NCBI RefSeq assembly: GCF_036321535.1
Contig: NC_087436.1
Span: 101,372,001-101,436,000, forward strand
Direction of reading: 5' to 3'
Length of the DNA stretch: 64,000 nucleotides
DNA from: Camelus dromedarius
Taxonomy: Eukaryota
Position numbers and translations under genes: made by a program. This document shows positions 39,896-52,900 of this stretch, in pieces. The first letter of the stretch is position 1, and every line of letters begins with the position of its first letter. The notes beneath the pieces were generated by a model, which saw nothing but the letters and a program-made list of their open reading frames with translations, had not been told where the DNA came from and did no database searches.

Positions 39896-40954
39896 TTTCC
39901 TCTCAGACTTGGAGAAGACAGCATACTAACATTTTCATAAATTGATACGCAGTGAATAGACAATAAGCAATAGGTAGATTCACCAAGGTTGCCATTTTTT
40001 AAATGCTATTATAAGAACTTTATGATCATCACCATATTTTCATACATGTTAGCTTGTTGGATGAAGCAGACTTACGAGATGGACTGACCAAATTATGACT
40101 ATGTAAAAGAAAGAAAGAAAAGAAAATGCATATTGCCTATCTAGCTCATTCAGTTAATAACAACCTGAACCGTAATAAAAAGTCACATGGTTTAAGCTGT
40201 TCCCAATTACCTACAAAACAGCCACTGCCTTCTGTTATGTAGATTCTCATGACACTTAATGTATTTGAAATTGAAATTGAATTGAAATGTGTTTTCAACC
40301 CCTTTTGGTTTTGCTAAAAAATATGCTAAGACAAGAAATGTCTGGGCAGGTTAAAAGATAATAGAACCTTAAAAAAAAGTTTTAGATGTACATCTCTGAC
40401 CATATGAGTTCTATATCAAGGAGGAAACAGCCATTGTCTTCCAAAGTATTTGCTGATGTCACAGTGGGAAACAGATATCTTGTTAAAATGTATATAGGAG
40501 TTCTCTAAATAACGTTTACCTTCACTTTGAGCAATTTCTTATCAGGAAAAATGATTTCTATCTGTCTTGCAATTTCAGCATTTTCTGTTTGTTTGCTTTT
40601 GGCACTTATAAGTTTATCTGGATGAGACTTTCCTCCATGTAATATAGTTTATCATTCCCCTTCAACTGACCTGGTTTGGAGGTAACTAATAAAGATTAAA
40701 AAAAAAAAAAAACAGAAAAAGAAAAAAATGAACTCTTTTGAGGAAGAAGGCTATCATTCTAACTTCTTCCTCCTTATGAAATGTTGGGCAGTGGGAGAGA
40801 TCTGGTTCTTTGGCTGTTACCTTGTGTGGAACATGAGAGAAGAACCACGGGCTTTAGAAGGGCTACCTAAAGCTGCTGACTGCTGATTGTCTTCCTTTTC
40901 AGAGGCATGGTCTGCCTCTCCTTGGGCATTCTGCCCTGACTGTGGCTGGTCTAA

Positions 40955-41110
40955 ACTAAGGGCTTGGAAGTCCAGGATTAACTGGACTTTTATTAGCTGT
41001 ATGTCTTTGGGAAATTTGCATACTGAGAAAATGTCTCTCTTGAGAACTTGTAAAATTCAGATATAATGGAAGTAAATCACCTGGCATTTAATAGGTGTTC
41101 AATAAGTGGA
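40955..41110 (+). mobile_element. MIR remnant
   Basis: tattagctgtatgtctttgggaaa...cctggcatttaataggtgttcaataa. Confidence 0.55.
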
Positions 41111-41117
41111 GCCACTG

Positions 41118-41488
41118 TGTAGTAGATACTGTGCTGCACGTCACAGACCCCCCTCAATGACTGAAGGAGTTCTTTCACTACTTTGGCAGTCTCCTATGCC
41201 AGCCCTCCCCACAACGGCACTTGGCTGAAGAGAATCGACACATCTAACTAAGGTCACATTTCTTCCAAGGGGCATATTGCATCTAATGTCTGAGTCACGG
41301 GAGGGTATAGCTACTCAAAGCCTTTATCCCAGCTTGGGCCATTCCAGCGTCTCCTGCAGGGTAAGTCGAGACCTTGCTGGACTGCATTACAGCCTGACCA
41401 CCCAACCCTGCTCCCTTCACCTCTCCCCCAAGTAGTAATCCTGACAGTAGTCGTGCATGCTAATTATTCTCTCTCAGAACCTGCAACA
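41118..41488 (+). mobile_element. ERVL solo LTR (LTR16-like)
   Basis: tgtagtagatactgtg...cagaccccc...ggctgaagagaa...aaggtcacatttcttccaagggg...ggactgcattacagc...acctgcaaca. Confidence 0.75.
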
Positions 41489-42204
41489 CTCTACAACTTA
41501 TGTGCTTCAATTAATGTTGAGGTAAGCCTACCTGTGTTTCTTGTTTTCAAAATTAAAGCCCTTCCCCTCTTTATTTTTTAAAATTGACTCTGTGGTGGGA
41601 ATTTTGATAAGTAATAGAATATATGAAGTTATGGTTTGAACTCTTAAAATATTGGTTGCTCAAGAATGGCATTTGTCAGGCCAGGAATAAAGGTACAATT
41701 CAGTCTCCTTAGTACCCTGGGCACTTCTCACTGGCCATTAGGGCTCATGCGTAGTGTTACCCCTTCTCACTGATAGAAACAGGCATCCCTGCTCCAAGCC
41801 TACAAGAGGTTTTGGCTCTCTGATTTCACAAATACCAGTCTTATTTCATGTTTACTGTTATTATTATTTTGACTCTTTTAAAACTTTATTTATTTAAAAA
41901 AGTTTTTGATTTGTTCCTACTCTGGATTTGTACAAAGATACTAACGGTATCTTTGATGAAGTAAAAGAGACCTGAACCTGGAAGTCATTAATTATGGAAT
42001 GGAATTCTTCAGTTACTAGTTATATGGCTTTGGAAAAGTTACCTTACTGAAGGCTCTTAACATATAACATGACAATTACGAAAATCACAAACCTGTGGGG
42101 AATGAGATGTGAAATCTTTTTGTTATGTAGTCATGGGCAAATGTGAAAATCATGGTGGGAAGGGAGTTGGTGGGTATATCAGTCTCTGCATGCCTAGGGT
42201 CTTT

Positions 42205-42448
42205 TAATAGTTTTATTTAGCAGCTCAATTCAGGTATAATTGATATACAAAGAACTGTACATATTTAATGTATACAATTTGATGAGTTTGGACATACATC
42301 AAAAACTGTGGTACCATCCCCAGGATCAAAATAGCCATAGTCAACACTCCCCAAGTTTCTCTGAGTCTCTTTGGTTTGTTTGTTTGTTTTTAACTTTTGC
42401 TTTTTGGGGTAAAAACACTTTATGATCATATAGATTGTGTATAGCAGT
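42205..42448 (-). mobile_element. L1MB-type 3' end (antisense)
   Basis: aggtataattgatatacaaagaactgtacatatttaatgtatacaatttgatgagtttggacata. Confidence 0.85.
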
Positions 42449-43239
42449 AACACTCATTCAAACTGGCCTCATCCCACAGAGATTCTAACTTCTACCATTT
42501 TTTGCATTTGTTTGTTTTTCTTTCATGTCTTTCTAAGGGTCAGTTGAACTTTTATAGAACATCAATTCCTGTACATTTTCTTCAGAGTTAATTTGGAAGT
42601 AATTAATACGGCAATTACCATCTTTTCACAATTCTGGATCTTCTGCTTCCTGGCACTAGAATGTTGGGATTGAATATTCTTGAAAAAAGAGGGAAGAATC
42701 TTTTCATCCCATTCTCCCTGAAACTATCACTTGTCATTGTAACTGTTTTTGCTACTTTCTATTTATTTGAATGTTTATTCTCTTTAATTTCTGCCTTTTG
42801 GAAATTGATGGGATTTCCTGTCTGTGCAATCACCCATCTAGCCTACTCTTGGCCCAAGAACATGCTCCCCTAAAATTTCTTCAGTAAGTTTAGTTGAGGA
42901 AGAGAATATTATTATTTCTGTGCTTGTCATAGCAATACTATATCTATTCTTTTCCCTCTCCATTATCTTACCCTGTCAGGGAAAAATGCCTCTACTGCCC
43001 ACTGGAAACTTTAGAGGAGAGGATTCACATTTATGCTGAGAGCTCAATTGCTGTAAGCAGCTCCAGGGAGAAGTTACTTAGAAGTGTTCCTAAGTGGTGT
43101 TACTCACTGTTCAGTTAGGTTGTATGGTACAGTTCTGTGTATTTATATGGGTGGCTAACTATATGATCGCTTAAAAAAATGTTGTTTAACTCTATAACTT
43201 TGTTACTATGTATGGCCACATAAAAACTACATAAATATA

Positions 43240-43366
43240 TAATTGTATTGTATATATGACTGAATATATGTGTGTGAATATATATACATATATAGATTCA
43301 TATATATGTGTATATGTGTTATGTGTGTGTATATGTATGTGTATGGGTGCATGTATGTATATATAT
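43240..43366. repeat. Degenerate (TA/TG)n low-complexity tract
   Basis: Read directly from the sequence. Confidence 0.85.
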
Positions 43367-43789
43367 GTCTCTCTCTGAATGCTTGTGTTCTCCCCAAAAT
43401 TCTGGTGCTGAAGCTCTATACCCAAGTGTGGCTATATTTGAAAATCGGATCTCTAAAGAAGTAATTAAGGTAAAATGAAATCATAAGACTGCAGGTTTTA
43501 TCTGTTAGGATTAGTGTCCTTATAAGAGACACCAGAGAGCTTGTTTTCTCTCTCTCTCCCCACGTGTGGACAAAGTAAAGATCATGTAAGCACACAGCAA
43601 GAAGGAGGCCATCTAGAAGCCAAAAGAAGAGGCTTCATTATTCAATTAAGTTCAATGTCCTACCTAGCTGGAGCCTTGATCTTGGACTTCCCTGCCTCCC
43701 GAACTCTGAAAAATAAATTTCTGTTGTATAAGACACCCAATCTGTCAGTCTGTGATATTTTATTATGGCAGCCTGAGTGGACTACTACA
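43366..43789 (+). mobile_element. MaLR solo LTR, MLT1A/B-like
   Basis: ctgaatgcttgtgttctccccaaaattc...aagtaattaagg...ggattagtgtccttataagagacaccagagagc...ccttgatcttggacttcc...aataaatttctgttg...atggcagcctgag. Confidence 0.9.
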
Positions 43790-43795
43790 GTACAC

Positions 43796-43796
43796 A

Positions 43797-43895
<99 letters not shown>

Positions 43896-43928
43896 TATAT
43901 ACACACACACACACACACACATACACGC
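43796..43928. repeat. Compound (CT)n(TA)n(CA)n microsatellite
   Basis: Read directly from the sequence. Confidence 0.95.
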
Positions 43929-45329
43929 ATGGAAGTTTCAGATACTCAGAATGTTGTATGTCATGGAATAGCACCAAAAAGAAAATCTCTCTTCCTCACA
44001 GCCCCTACTCTGCTTCCTTACCCAGAGGCAATAACCAAATTTATGTCTTATGTATTCTTTTAGCTGTTTCTGAGGTATACTTTTGTGTGTTTTTCTGTTT
44101 TCGCTATAGGATTAACTGATGTCAGTCAGTATTTTCAGAGCAATACCAAGTTCCAAGGGAAGAGATTCAGTAGAATTGTAGAATAAAAATGATGAAAACA
44201 GTAAATTTATTTTCACAATGAAATAAAAGTTACAAAAGCCATTGTGTTATACTCATAGAGGATTATAAACCCATTATTCAGTTCAGTTAAGTATCATATA
44301 TATTTTGAATCAGGTGGAGAGAAATGCCAGTGAAGTTAATCAGTGCAAAAATTAGTTTGGACTGAATCCCCTGAATGCCTTTTCTCAAGTCCAAAGGAAG
44401 GAATAGTCAACAATGGACTATCTCCAGGGAGTGAGTAGAATGTATATTACATAGTAAAGAAACAATAAAATCATCTATGTTCCGTTTTAGAATGTAGTCA
44501 GAGGCCAACACAGAATGTTCAAGTTTTTATACAGAAAATATTCTGTTGAGCTTTGGTCTAGATATGTATTTTCCTCAGGAAGCACCTGGCTAGGCTAACG
44601 TAATTTACTGGACAATAACCTAATGTTTCTCAGAATAAATTCCTAAAAGCATAGTTTAATTACACTATCCCCTTGCTCCAATAACATAAAATGTAAGCCA
44701 TGCTAGTTGAGTTTGGAAGGAGGTAAAATGGAAGGAGCATAAGAACAGAATGTGATGATTTAATAAAATTCTGGTCATCTTAGCTAATAAAGTTTAGTTT
44801 ATTTAATGCCAAGTATTGTGCTAGCTGCAGACTCAGCTCCTATCAGTCTATTAGCAGAGGGTGCAGATGTTAAACAAATTACACTATATTAATTATAATT
44901 ACAATCTGCTGAGGTGGAGAAGGAGGAGAGACAGAGGGTAGTGGTACATTTTTTGAACCATAATTGACTGAGATCTGGGCCAGGATTAGGCAAATGTACC
45001 TCTCCTGGTCCTGTGCTGTGCTCACCTGGAAGTTGGTTGGCAGGAGGAGGGAGACTGCAATTCCAAGACTGGTTATATGATAAGACAAATGGGATGAAAA
45101 TTTACGTATGAAGGAGAAAAGCATTCTCTCTATTTATAACTAAATAGGTAAATTGATCTGGTAGCTTAGTAATTAGTTTCCCATGAAGACAAAACTGAAT
45201 CTAGGTAAAGTTCTTGATTTTATAGATACCTATTAATTTGAAATCCTATTTGTTTATATGCCAAACTTGTTTATAGCATTTTACTAACAAGAAGTCAAAA
45301 ATATGAATCTAAAGCAACCAAATAAAAGG

Positions 45330-45485
45330 CAGGTCAGTCAAGCAAACAAACCCCAGAATTCGATCCCATTCGCATTGGGTTCTCATCATGTCTGCACTGA
45401 CTTGAACAGCTGTGGATTCCTAAACAATTCCTTAATCCTTCTGTGTCTGAATTTCTCCATCTGTGAGAATGACGTACTCACACCT
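45330..45485 (+). mobile_element. MIR remnant
   Basis: cagctgtggattcctaaacaattccttaatccttctgtgtctgaatttctccatctgtgagaatg matches the MIR core. Confidence 0.7.
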
Positions 45486-47137
45486 GTCCGTATCTAATTT
45501 GGTGATCTGAAGTGGCTCCCACAGTCTGATGGAGTCAGTTTTCTCCCCATAGGATGTGGTGCATGAAGTTCTTCGGTTTGGTATTTTAGGGTTTAACAGT
45601 TTGAATATTTTGGCACTTTGATTTTAAGATTTTAAAATATATTATACTTGTTTTAATTTTACTCTAGAGTATTAAATATTCAGTCAACACTAAATGTATC
45701 AGTTTGAAACCATCTCTTTTTCGTTTGTACCCAACCTCTCACCTTTCAGGGCAGGTTCTATAAACTCATTATAGATTTTTACACATCAATTGGCCACTTC
45801 AAGAAGCAAAACCATTCACCAAAACAGATAATTATGTTTTCAGAGAATTTAAAAATCAATTAGATTGAAGAATGTCTATGTATATACAGCAGTTTTTATT
45901 AATGTCTATAATGTATTCATATAAATTTGTATATATTATTGATGAATACGTACTTGTATATATGTATATAGTTTTAATTACATAAAATTATACACATAAA
46001 GAACTAATACCTCCAGATTAATTTAAAATATATCTGCATTCTCATAATATCTGTTATGCAGCTGCTTACCTTAAAAAATACTAGAAAAGAAACCTTACCT
46101 CAGTATACAAGTATAAGAAATAACCTGTCATACTTAGTAATAAGTAGCTATGTGGCTATTGCTGTCCGGGAAAAAAATATAAACATGATGTCTGTGTAAC
46201 AGAAGTTACTAAATTAGACTTTTCTTTTGTCTTGAACATAATTAAATTAAAAGTGCCACATTTATGGAAATGTGTAGTTTGCAAGCGTAACTGACAAAAG
46301 CTTTGAAATTAAAATATTTTTTCTCACAATTAAGACAGAACAGTGAATTCAATCAAGGTGGGTTATGGTTTGCTTTGATTTGCATGATTTGTTAGTGAAA
46401 ATCTTGGAATCTAAGAAATCATTATAAAGTTTAGTGTTGCAAACTTTAAGATGCCCTGCACTTAGGAAAATTTTGCTTTAGAAGGTATGTATAATATATT
46501 CTTAGTAGTTCTTATAGATATAGCATGACAGATTACAATTACAGACTGAAGTTTTCCCTAACATCTGCATATTTGTTGAAAAATCCTTTGGAAAGGCATG
46601 CGGAGTGTTATTTATCATAAGAAAAGCATATTTAAGAATGTAAATAGTCATAAGAGAGATAGTCATTTATCTTTATTAGTCTCTCCCCTCCAAAAAAAAA
46701 AAATAACAGTAGAATAGAAGATATCCAAATGTTAGGTTATGGACTCTCTTCAATGATCTTAAAAAGAGAAAATAGGAAATAAAAATAAAATCAATATTTT
46801 TTGTTTCTTTAGTGATGAAGAGGAAAACTTTGGTTTAAACAACAATTTTCAAGACTGTGATACATGTTTGTTTTTTTTTTTCTCTTGCAATGAAAGATGT
46901 TAAACATCAGATTGAAATATCAAGGATATTTTAAATAAGTTTTTCAGTCTCTTTCATTTATTCAATGTATACACTAGGAGCTGGGAATAATATTTTTTTC
47001 AAAAAAGTACCAAGCACCTACTGAAACTCCCCCTAGAATTTTAGCATTATAAATGCTAAAGTTCCTTATATTCTGCTAAATAAGATATAAAGACCTAATG
47101 GTGAATATCAAAAGTGTACAGACTTCTTAGGATGTCT

Positions 47138-47663
47138 AAAATCCAAAACAGTGGCAACACTGGCAAGCAACGCTACGTCTCATTGCCGCTAGGGATGCAA
47201 AATGGTCCAGTCAGCTTGAAGGACAATTGAGTTGTTTCTACAAAACTAAAAATACTCTTACTTTATGACCCAGCATTTGTACTCCTTGGTATTTACTCAA
47301 ATGAATTGAAACTGTATATCCATATAAACACCTGAGCATGAATCTTTAAAGGAGCTTTCTTCATAATTTCCAAAAATTGGAAACAACCAAGACATCCTCC
47401 AATAGGGAAATGGACAAACTGTGGTGCATCCATATAATGAAATTCTCAGCCATGAAAGTGAATTATCAACGAAAAAGACATTGAGATGCCACAAATGCAT
47501 ATTGCTAAGTTAGAAAAAAATTCTGAAAAGGCTACCTACTGTGTGATTCCAACTGTATGACATTCTGGAAAAGGCAAAACTATGAAGACAGGAAAAAGAG
47601 CAGTGGTTGCCAGAGTTTAGTGGGAAAGAGGGATGAATAGGTGGAGCATAAGAGTCTTTAAGG
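47138..47663 (+). mobile_element. L1MC-type 3' region (L1MC1-like)
   Basis: atgacccagcatttgtactccttggtatttac...ttggaaacaaccaagacatcc...tgattccaactgtatgacattctggaaaaggcaaaactat...gggatgaataggtggagca. Confidence 0.88.
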
Positions 47664-47664
47664 T

Positions 47665-50600
47665 ACCATATTACATTAACTCACTTTCAGATGTTAAACC
47701 AAATTTGCATCCACGGGATAAATCCCATTAGGGCACTGTGTATAATACTATTACCATGTCCAAGCTTGGACTACTTGTGGCATGACAAACCAATAAATTG
47801 AGAGATAAGGTATTGGATCAAGGAATATCAATTTTATTCAGAATGCCAGCAGAGCAAGAAGACAGGGGAGTAATTTCCCAGAGAACCATCTTACCGGAGT
47901 TAGAATGTGGGCTTCTTTCACATTAAAAAGGAAGGGGGTGTGGCTGATTGTTGCAGACCTCTTGGTGCTGGCTAGACTCTGTATGTGATAATTCTTTGTT
48001 CTTGCAGCCATTCGCAGAGGTTCCTTACAACCTTTAAGAAGACAAATGTTATTTTCTGAACTGCAGCTTTTGATCTCTATATGAATAAAAAGTGTTATGG
48101 CTTTAAAGGTCAAGCCTGGGAGGCAGAGTCTTGAGAAAGAACTATTATGTATATTGCAGGCTATAGGCAACATTCTTTTACTGATTGAAGAGACAAAGGT
48201 GCAGAGCCAGCATGTCTAAGCACAGGCGACAGAGCACAAAGATTAGAGCTAAAGGAACAGGTTCATTATGGAGTCAGGTTTGTTCTTCTCTGTTAAATAC
48301 TTTTTATATGATGCTGGATTCAAAGTGGTAGCGTTTTATCCAGGATTTAAAAATCTACATTCCTAAAGGTTATCGGTCTGAGTGCTTATTTTATTGTGAT
48401 ATCTTTGGTTTTGTTGTCACTGTAATTCTAAATAGGTGCAAAGTGTTCCTTCCGGTTCTATGTTTGAAAGAATTTGTAAAGGATCAATATTGATTATCTT
48501 ATGGACGTTTTGTAGAATTCACCAGTGAAGCAGTTTGGGCCTGGGCTACTTATTTATTATTTATTTAGGATAAATTTTTTTAAATTACTAATCCAATCAC
48601 TTTACTTGTTATCGATCTATTCAGATTTTCTATTTCTTCTTGTGTCAGTTTTAGTAATCTGCATTTTTATAGAAATGGGCTCCTTTCATCTAAGTTACCT
48701 ACTTTGTTGGCATATATATATTCATGATACTCCCTTATAATCTTTTTAATTCTTTAATTTGTTGATCTTTTCAAAGAACCATCTTTTATATTCATTGATT
48801 TTCCCTATTGCTTTTCTGTTCTCAATATCATTAATTTGTGTTCTATTTTTTAAAATTATTTCCTTCCTTCTGCTTGCTATAGGTTTAGTTTGCCTTTCTT
48901 TTTATAGCATCTTAAGGTAGAAGTTTAAGTTATTGATTTAAGTTTAAGTTACTAAGTTTAAGTTATTTCTTTTTTTTCATTTTTTAATAGCTGCTTTTAC
49001 AGTTATAAATTTACCCCTAAGAACAGCTTAAACTGCATTCTTTAAGTTTTGATATACTGTGTTTTCATTTTCACTCATCTCATTGTATTTTATAATTTCC
49101 CTTGTGAGTTCTTCTTTGAATCAGTTATTACTTAGTAGTGTATTGTTTTGTATTCTCATATTTGTGCTGTTTCAAAAATTTTCTTCTTTTATATATTTTT
49201 AAGTAATTTCAATTATTGTTAAAAGAACCCACTTTTTTGATTTAAGTATCTTTAAATGTTTCATGACCTAGCAAGTGGTCTTCTTTTGAGTATGTTTCAG
49301 GCATGCATGAGAAAAACACTGTGTTCAGCCATTTGGGTTGAGTATTCTGTAGATGTCAGAAAGAACTAGTTGGTTTATAATGTTGCTCAAGTCTTCTATA
49401 TCCCTGTTGATCATCTGCTATTTGTTCTATCCATTGTTGAAAGTGGGATATTGACTATTATTTCTGAACTGTCTATATTTCCTTTTAATTTGTCCAGTTT
49501 TGTACCATGTATTTTGTGGCCTGGTTATTAGGTTTATATATATTTATTGTTGTTATTTCCATCTGATAGGTAGAACTTTTTATTATTATCATTGTAAATG
49601 ATCATTATAAATATTTCTCTTTTACTAACACATTTTGTTTCAAATTCTATTTTGATGTAATAGTTATTCCAACTTTATACTTACTGTTTGCATTATATGT
49701 AGCGTGCCATCCTTCTACATAAAATTATTTGACTCTTTGATGATAAAGTGTGTCTCCTGCACGAAGCATATATTTATATCTTGTTTACACATCCAGTCTA
49801 ACAGTCTCTTCCTTTTTATTATATCATTTAATTCATTCTCATCTAATATTATTATTGATATGGTTGAATTTTTCTCTCCATTTCTTTTTTTTTTCCTTTT
49901 TAACTGATGTCTTTTGCTTCATGTAAATCTTCTTTAATGTAACATTTTAATTCCTTCAATATTTTTTGCTACTTTTTTTAGTTATTTTCTTTCTGGTTGC
50001 TCTAAGGTTTACAGTGTTCATCCTAACATGTCAGAAATTACTTCAAATATATACTGACTTAATTTCAGTGAGATTTAGAAATGTAACCCCTATGTAACTC
50101 TATGTCCTCCTCCTGCGTTTGTGCTATTATTACACCTTTTACCTGTATCTATTTTACAAACCCCTGAATATACTGTTATAATTAATTTATGTATATTTAT
50201 TTTATACCTTTTAATGAAGCTTAGAGAAGAAGGGAGACCAAATACACACACACACACACGTATTAATATCTACTTGCTTGTTTCAATTTCTTATTCTCTT
50301 CACTTGTTCTTGTAGATTTGAGTTACTGTCTGGTTATCATTTTCTTAAACCATAGAGCTTTGCTCCACCTGCCATCTTATTTTGTTATTGTCAGATATAT
50401 TATATTGTTATTGTCAAATATATGTATATATATATTTGTCTATATTATAGGCCCAACAATACAGTTATATTTATGTTGCTTTATAATAGTTATTTTTAAA
50501 TTATTTACAAAAAAGAGGAGAAATATACAATGCTACAGTCTTTTACCATTACCTTCATCATTACCTTTGCTAATTCTCTTTTGTGTGTGTGTAAGTCGAA

Positions 50601-52900
50601 TTACTGTGATGTCATTTGCTTTCAGTCTAAAAAGCTTCCTTCAAGAAAAAAAAAAAAAAGCACTTCTTATAAAGTTGGTCTGCTAACAATGAATTCTCTC
50701 ACTTACTGTTTATGTAGGAATCTTCATTTCACCTTTAATTTTAAAAGATAAAGTGCCTGGATATGATTCTTTGTTAACAATTGTTTTCCCTGTTGTGAGT
50801 ATATTATTACATTTGATCTTAGCTGTTTCTGATGAAAAGTCAGCTGTTAATTTTTCTTGAGGTCCCCTGTCATTGATGAGTTCTGTTTTTCTTGCTGCTT
50901 TAAAGATTTTCTCTGTCTTTCAGCATTTTGACTATGATGTGGCTGGGTGTGGTTCTCTTTGTATTTAGCCTACTTGGATTTCATTATGCTGCTTGGATGT
51001 ACAGACTAATATTTTTCATCAAATTTGGGAAATTTTGGCAATTATTTCTTAAAATATTTTTCCATTTTTCCATTTTGCTATTCCTATTACATATACATTT
51101 TGACAATTAATGGTGTCCTGCATTTCTCTGAAGCTTGATCATTTTTCTCCCTTCTTTTCTCCCTGTTCTCCAAATTGCATAATTTCTATCAATCTATACT
51201 CAAGTTTGCTGATTCTTCCATCTTCCAGTTCAAATATACTATTGAGCCCCTCTAGTGAATTTTTTGTTCTTTTTATTGTACTTTTCATCTCCAGAACTTC
51301 TATTTGATTTTTAAAATAATTTGTTTCCCTTTATTGATATTCTCTAGTTGATGAGACATCATTATTGTAACTTTCTTTAATTTTTAAAGCATTGTTTCCT
51401 TTAATTAATTGAACACATTTAATAATGGCTGCTTTGAAGTTCTTGTCTGCTAAGTCTATTACCTGGGCCTTCTCAAAGGCAGTTTCTCTCAAACCCTTTT
51501 TTTTCTTATGTATGTGTCACAATGTCATTTTTCTTTACATGACTTGTATTTCTTGTATAAAATTGAACATTTGAGATAATACATTATTTCAATTCTAGAT
51601 AGTGATTCCCCCTCTGAGGCCTGAATTTGTCATTCATTAGCTCGCTTACGTTGGCTTGTGTTGGCTTGACATGTTCAATGCAGTCTATTTCCTCTGCGAT
51701 GTGCAGCTTCCGATATCACTTGTCAAAGGGCTAGCATGCACGCAGTGATCTTAATCATCTTTCCCCTCCTCACCTTACCTCAGAGGAATGAGAGATTTCA
51801 GCTGGGCTCCCTTTATCTCTTTCTCTGATTTCTCTATTAAGCCTCCGCTGGCCAACCTTCACTGACATCACACCAAGCTGCTAGCACGCACTGAGTGGTG
51901 GTTGGCTGCTTTATTGTTTCCAGTAATGACCTGCGGTGGAAGTTGCTCTATGCTCTAGCCCAACTAAAGTCAAAGCTCTTTGCAGAGGTGGTTTTTGTAG
52001 CCAGTCTTTGCAGTGTTCTCCGACCACAGGAGGGTTCTTCTTAGCTGTCTCTTTTCCTGCTTTTCTCTATGAAATGTATTTTTGGTCAACCGTTTCACTT
52101 CTTGATAACATGGAACTACTAGTCTCTTCTTAATTTTTCACCACCAAAATCGTCATTGTTTCTGAAAGAATCATTAGGGTGAAACTTCCCACACTCTATT
52201 CTAAATAAAATCAGTCTTCTTTGGGAGAACTACAGAGCTTTCTGTTCTTAGAACTTGCTTGCTTCCCTGGATAGAATCTCTGTGGCAGTGTTTCAGAATT
52301 ACAGGCCTGCTTTGCTTAGAGTGACAACTCTCCTCTAAACACAGGGCAGTGCGGGGACGTGCTAACCTCTTGTCTTCTTGGCTTGTATCTCCCGGTGTGG
52401 AATATCTATGCTATGAACAATCAGGGAAAGGCAGACTGGGGCCTAGTATCCTTGCCCTCCCATGGCTGGACTGGAGCTTCCACCCTACAAGTGGATATGG
52501 CGCATCAGAAAGGAGCCCCAGATCTTTCAGTTGTGCTTGCCTGGAATAGAGCTTCTACAGCATAATGCTGGGGGCAGTAGAAATGCAGTTGCCTGCCCTT
52601 TCTAGGGGGAAACTGTCATTCTAGGAGGAAGTGGGAGAGGAAGATCCCCATCTTCTTGTGCTCACTACCCACAGTAGAACTCTCATCACACTGACCTGAG
52701 GGAGCTGGTAAAGAGAGTGGGCCATGGCTTGAATGCCACCAAGTCTCTGTTCTTCCAGACACTTAGTAGCTTTTTTGCATAAACATGTCTCTGCTGTATG
52801 CCCTTAGGGAAGTTCCCAGAGATTTTAATGGTTGATTTTTATAATTTTCACAAGTTATGGTTGATTTTCTGGGGAGCAAATCACACCTCCATTCCCGAAG
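47665..52900 (-). mobile_element. Long ancient L1 (5' UTR, ORF1, inter-ORF and ORF2 5' half), decayed, antisense
   Basis: Continuous T-rich antisense L1: ORF2-like ggtagaattcaccagtgaag-type motif (about 48510), ttgatcttttcaaagaacca, ttctatccattgttgaaagtggg. ORF1-like tttctgatgaaaagtcagctgtt and atcaaatttgggaaatttt. GC-richer 5' UTR at about 51600-52900. Confidence 0.88.
47749..48296 (-). mobile_element. ERV1-class solo LTR (MER41-like artiodactyl family), nested in L1
   Basis: About 550 bp that interrupts L1, with a 4-bp TSD ATAC (47745-47748 and 48297-48300). Minus-strand AATAAA (ttttatt at about 47832). Motifs caggctataggcaacattctt and atggagtcag recall MER41-like LTRs. Confidence 0.8.

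Noticed and set aside
41299..41312. GGGAGGGTATAGCT identical to the SINE 5' end inside the LTR16-like element
   Set aside because: Only 14 nt, no B box, tail or TSD, and it coincides with the LTR's TATA-like region. Probably coincidental.
43541..44119. Longest ORF (192 aa) and overlapping ORFs
   Set aside because: Made of MLT1 LTR sequence plus a stop-free (CT)(TA)(CA) microsatellite (LSLSL/YIYI/HTHT). Artefact.
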